Assembly (NCBI GenBank): GCA_017650345.1 | Contig: JAGCFB010000045.1 | Span: 1-47,051, forward strand | Source of the DNA: Kiritimatiellia bacterium | GTDB taxonomy: Bacteria > Verrucomicrobiota > Kiritimatiellia > RFP12 > UBA1067 | Direction: 5' to 3' | DNA: 47,051 bases | Shown here: in pieces, positions 44,587 through 47,051 of the stretch | How positions within the stretch are numbered: the stretch's first letter is position 1 | Layout of the letters: every line of letters begins with the position of its first letter | The notes under the pieces: generated by a model | What the model was told of the DNA's origin: nothing | The model's input: only the letters and a program-made list of their open reading frames with translations | Databases searched by the model: none | Translations under genes and position numbers: made by a program

Positions 44587-45261
44587 ATGGCAATGAGAAC
44601 AAAGCGAGACTGGGAAGTGGCACGATGCGGAGCGGCAGTTCCGCGCAGCTCCGCGCTTGGCCGGGGTTGGCTTATGAGGCATGGTTTAGTTTTGGTTGCG
44701 GCGATCGCATTGTCATGCGGTGCTGAGGGCCGGTCGATAGATGCTACGGTGAATTGGTTCGTGAAGCCCTCCGCATCTTTTACCAACATACTTTCGCGTT
44801 GCGAATCATTCATGGACAATACGCCATACGGCATTAGATCGGTTATCTCCGTTATGTGCCACAGAAGGGATTCCCAGGAGTGGTGGTCCGTTTTGTTGAT
44901 CGGAGACCATGGACGGGTTGTCCGTGTTGAGGTAGGCGCCAAGGACCTTGCCTGCAAGTGGCCGGAGGATATGTATGTTGGCTCCGTCGGCAAGTCTGCG
45001 TTTGCGCCGAAGCCAAAGGGATCTTGTTTTGACGCAAGGATCTCAGTGCTCGAAGCGTATGCGAACATGCACGCTCAGTATCCGCAGCATTCTGAGGTCT
45101 TGTCTGCCGTTTACAGTTGTTCGACCTATTTGTGGTCCATGCGGACACTTGATTCATGCTACGACGAGTCTTCCGACGGGACGTGGTCCGAGAAACGCAT
45201 TGAGATTGAACACAAATATGATCGTCGAGAGGATCTGGAGGTGGATGTCGAGTTTCCGTAA
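44587..45261 (+). CDS. hypothetical lipoprotein (alternative, more likely start at 44674)
   Basis: The internal start MRHGLVLVAAIALSCG gives a lipoprotein-type signal with a lipobox-like LSC. The mature part is Cys-rich, and no family was recognised. Confidence 0.55.
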   Translation: MAMRTKRDWEVARCGAAVPRSSALGRGWLMRHGLVLVAAIALSCGAEGRSIDATVNWFVKPSASFTNILSRCESFMDNTPYGIRSVISVMCHRRDSQEWWSVLLIGDHGRVVRVEVGAKDLACKWPEDMYVGSVGKSAFAPKPKGSCFDARISVLEAYANMHAQYPQHSEVLSAVYSCSTYLWSMRTLDSCYDESSDGTWSEKRIEIEHKYDRREDLEVDVEFP

Positions 45262-45356
45262 AGGGGACAAGAGAAGCGAGCGGTACTCCAGTCCGCCAAG
45301 GATGATTTGCGCGACACGCCGATTCAGAAGCCCACGGTTCGCGTCGCGCAATGCCG

Positions 45357-45386
45357 TTGACATCCAGGCGATTTGATTGCTATAAT
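45357..45386 (+). promoter_or_regulatory. consensus promoter TTGACA-N18-(TGC)TATAAT of lipoprotein cassette A
   Basis: TTGACA at 45357-45362 and TGCTATAAT at 45378-45386. The same module is duplicated at 46029-46058. Confidence 0.6.
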
Positions 45387-45456
45387 TCAAAAGGTTGTGA
45401 CCGGGACGATAAGCGATGAAATCGACAGTGGAAATGAAAGCCAAGGAGGTATGGCC

Positions 45457-45993
45457 ATGATAGAGAACCGATCCATTCTTTTAACGGCGTGCTTGGCGGC
45501 GTGCATTTTGTCGTGTGGATGTCGGACCAAGCCGCCGGTTACTCTTGGCGATGAGCTTGTTGAAGTGTATGGCTCCATCGAGGCCGCCAGTGAGCAAAGG
45601 ATGTTGATTTTTCCAACGCCAGGTCTCTTTTATTATGGAATTAGAGAGGTCCCTCCGGAGTGGAGAAAACCCTGGTTGGAGATGATAAGCAAATGTATCA
45701 CCTGCTGTCCTGATGATCCCAGCTACCAGCCCTGCGATAGATACGGTTTTAACGATAAAGACGGCAAGCATAGTTCCGTAGATACGACGGCCATGAGATG
45801 TGGAGATCCTTCTTTTGTTATTGAGCTGTTCGAGCCTGACAAAAAGTACAGTGAATCGGAAAAGAAGTTCGCCATAGGCTTCTACGATAGCGGCATCCCG
45901 AGCTCGCATGTTTGCCCGGCTCCATATGATGCCTTGGAGATAAGGTATCGTTTTAGATATATCCTGGAAAACAGTCCCGTGTGGAAAGACTGA
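45457..45993 (+). CDS. lipoprotein, cassette A (paralog of 46133..46639)
   Basis: SD AAGGAGG at 45443-45449. Signal MIENRSILLTACLAACILSCGC (lipobox). The mature domain is homologous to cassette B (SEPDK.Y.ESEKKF.IGFY..GIPS..VCP.PYDALEI...F.YILENSP). Confidence 0.7.
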   Translation: MIENRSILLTACLAACILSCGCRTKPPVTLGDELVEVYGSIEAASEQRMLIFPTPGLFYYGIREVPPEWRKPWLEMISKCITCCPDDPSYQPCDRYGFNDKDGKHSSVDTTAMRCGDPSFVIELFEPDKKYSESEKKFAIGFYDSGIPSSHVCPAPYDALEIRYRFRYILENSPVWKD

Positions 45994-46028
45994 AGACTTC
46001 AGATGCCACGGTTCGCGTCGCAATGCCA

Positions 46029-46058
46029 TTGACATCCAGGCGATTTGATTGCTATAAT
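46029..46058 (+). promoter_or_regulatory. consensus promoter TTGACA-N18-(TGC)TATAAT of lipoprotein cassette B
   Basis: TTGACA at 46029-46034 and TGCTATAAT at 46050-46058. Confidence 0.6.
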
Positions 46059-46132
46059 TCAAAAGGCTTTGAGCTGGAAGATAAGCGATGAAATCGACAA
46101 GTGGAACTGAAAACAACCAAGGAGCCTTTGTC

Positions 46133-46639
46133 ATGATAGAGAACCGATCCATTCTTTTAACGGCGTGCTTGGCGGCGTGCATTTTGTCGTGTGGATGTCG
46201 GACCAAGCCGCCGGTTACGCTTGGCGATGAGCTTGTTGATGCATACGGCTCCATCGAGGCCGCCAGTGAGCAAAGGATGTTGATTCTTCCAAGACCCGCC
46301 TTGTTTTTTTATGGCATTAGGGAGGTTCCGCCTGAATTTAGAAAATTCTGGCTGGAGATGCTAAGCAAATGCATCCGCTACCAGCCTTATGATAAAGACG
46401 GAAAATTGATTCCCGAAGAGGCGCCGGTGGACATAAGGCGATGCGGGATGCCGTCCTTTACAATTGAGCTGTCCGAGCCTGACAAAGAGTATGGTGAATC
46501 GGAAAAGAAGTTCTCCATAGGCTTTTACGCTAAAGGCATCCCGAGTGAGTATGTTTGCCCGTTTCCATATGATGCATTGGAGATAATGTTTTATTTTGGA
46601 TATATCCTGGAAAACAGCCCCAAGCTGAAAGAAATATGA
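46133..46639 (+). CDS. lipoprotein, cassette B (paralog of 45457..45993)
   Basis: SD AAGGAG at 46119-46124. The signal peptide MIENRSILLTACLAACILSCGC is identical to cassette A, and the mature region has diverged. Confidence 0.7.
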   Translation: MIENRSILLTACLAACILSCGCRTKPPVTLGDELVDAYGSIEAASEQRMLILPRPALFFYGIREVPPEFRKFWLEMLSKCIRYQPYDKDGKLIPEEAPVDIRRCGMPSFTIELSEPDKEYGESEKKFSIGFYAKGIPSEYVCPFPYDALEIMFYFGYILENSPKLKEI

Positions 46640-46832
46640 ACTCAGATGCCGTTCACTATGCGCAATGTCCATCTTGGCGGCTGCAAGGACGAAGCCTTCA
46701 GGACATATCCGCCGAGCACCGTGAGCCCGAGAAGCGGGCGCTGCGGCGCGGTTCTACATGATCTCGGAGTAATCATGCAAAGTGGATATTCAGGTAGCAC
46801 GGCGAGCCGCACAATAACCAACAGTAAACATC

Positions 46833-46953
46833 AAAACACGAAAGGAATCGGCAATTATAAAAAAGTTGAAAATAATTTGAAATTGAGCGCTCTGCAATGC
46901 GCTTATGTATATAGAGGGGCAGAGAGACTCTATTCGCGGCTGTCGCTGATATA
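46833..46953 (+). repeat. 121-bp direct repeat, copy 2
   Basis: Same length and register as 44429-44549. Differences are only at 3 positions (T/A, A/T, G/T near the 3' end). Confidence 0.9.
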
Positions 46954-46988
46954 CTTTGCCCATCGAATACGGACGCAAGGAGCATGAC

Positions 46989-47051
46989 ATGTCCAAAATC
47001 GTGAACAAATGGCGCGTCAGGCTGATTGCGCTGCTTATCGTAGTCGGATTC
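46989..47051 (+). CDS. 5' end of a secreted/membrane protein gene (partial, runs off right edge)
   Basis: SD AAGGAG at 46977-46982, then ATG. MSKIVNKWRVRLIALLIVVGF looks like a signal peptide or anchor. Confidence 0.5.
   Translation, partial: MSKIVNKWRVRLIALLIVVGF

Noticed and set aside
46646-46987. A 113-aa plus-strand ORF and small minus-strand ORFs spanning repeat copy 2. Equivalent ORFs at 44178-44682 span copy 1.
   Set aside because: They have no SD and run through the non-coding repeat and promoter-like sequence. The translations are low-complexity, and the reading frames are not conserved between the two repeat contexts.

Overview
This is a high-GC bacterial chromosome segment, with outer-membrane and anaerobe-type gene content. 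A PVC-like (Lentisphaerota or Kiritimatiellota style) origin is only a guess. Most long ORFs in the six-frame track are spurious shadow ORFs caused by the GC bias. I kept one ORF per locus, the one with recognisable family motifs.

Gene order, left to right:
- The 3' tip of 16S rRNA, then tRNA-Ile and tRNA-Ala, with no 23S following.
- A 2-hydroxyacid dehydrogenase and tsaE.
- A Wza/Wzc-type exopolysaccharide locus: Wza-like exporter, secreted hypothetical, OM beta-barrel, O-antigen-ligase-like protein, tyrosine autokinase, an embedded argC, a HEAT-repeat protein and the priming sugar transferase.
- A compact 4-gene module on the minus strand related to complex I and group-4 hydrogenases. Its large subunit lacks the NiFe cysteine ligands.
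- proB and two DUF21/CNNM genes.
- A DNA-metabolism cluster: comM, a Whirly-like hypothetical, yraN, recA and DUF2851.
- purB, a 1900-aa Ser/Thr kinase with BspA-type LRR ectodomains, a second kinase, truA and sdaA.
- Convergent ACT and paaK genes.
- A translationally coupled glnN-purF-carA-pyrG operon with a sigma54-like promoter.
- From about 42.4 kb, an accessory segment. It holds five phased iterons, a hypothetical gene, a lambda-O-like initiator with four dyad iterons plus an AT-rich tract inside its own gene, and a more AT-rich islet of lipoprotein cassettes with consensus promoters and a 121-bp direct repeat.

The observations I rate highest are:
- the cysteine-less minimal Ehr-like module;
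- an in-frame DNA motif shared by pyrG, carA and purF;
- the intragenic ori-like structure;
- the repeat and cassette architecture at the right end.

All functional calls come from motif recognition by eye. No searches were run.
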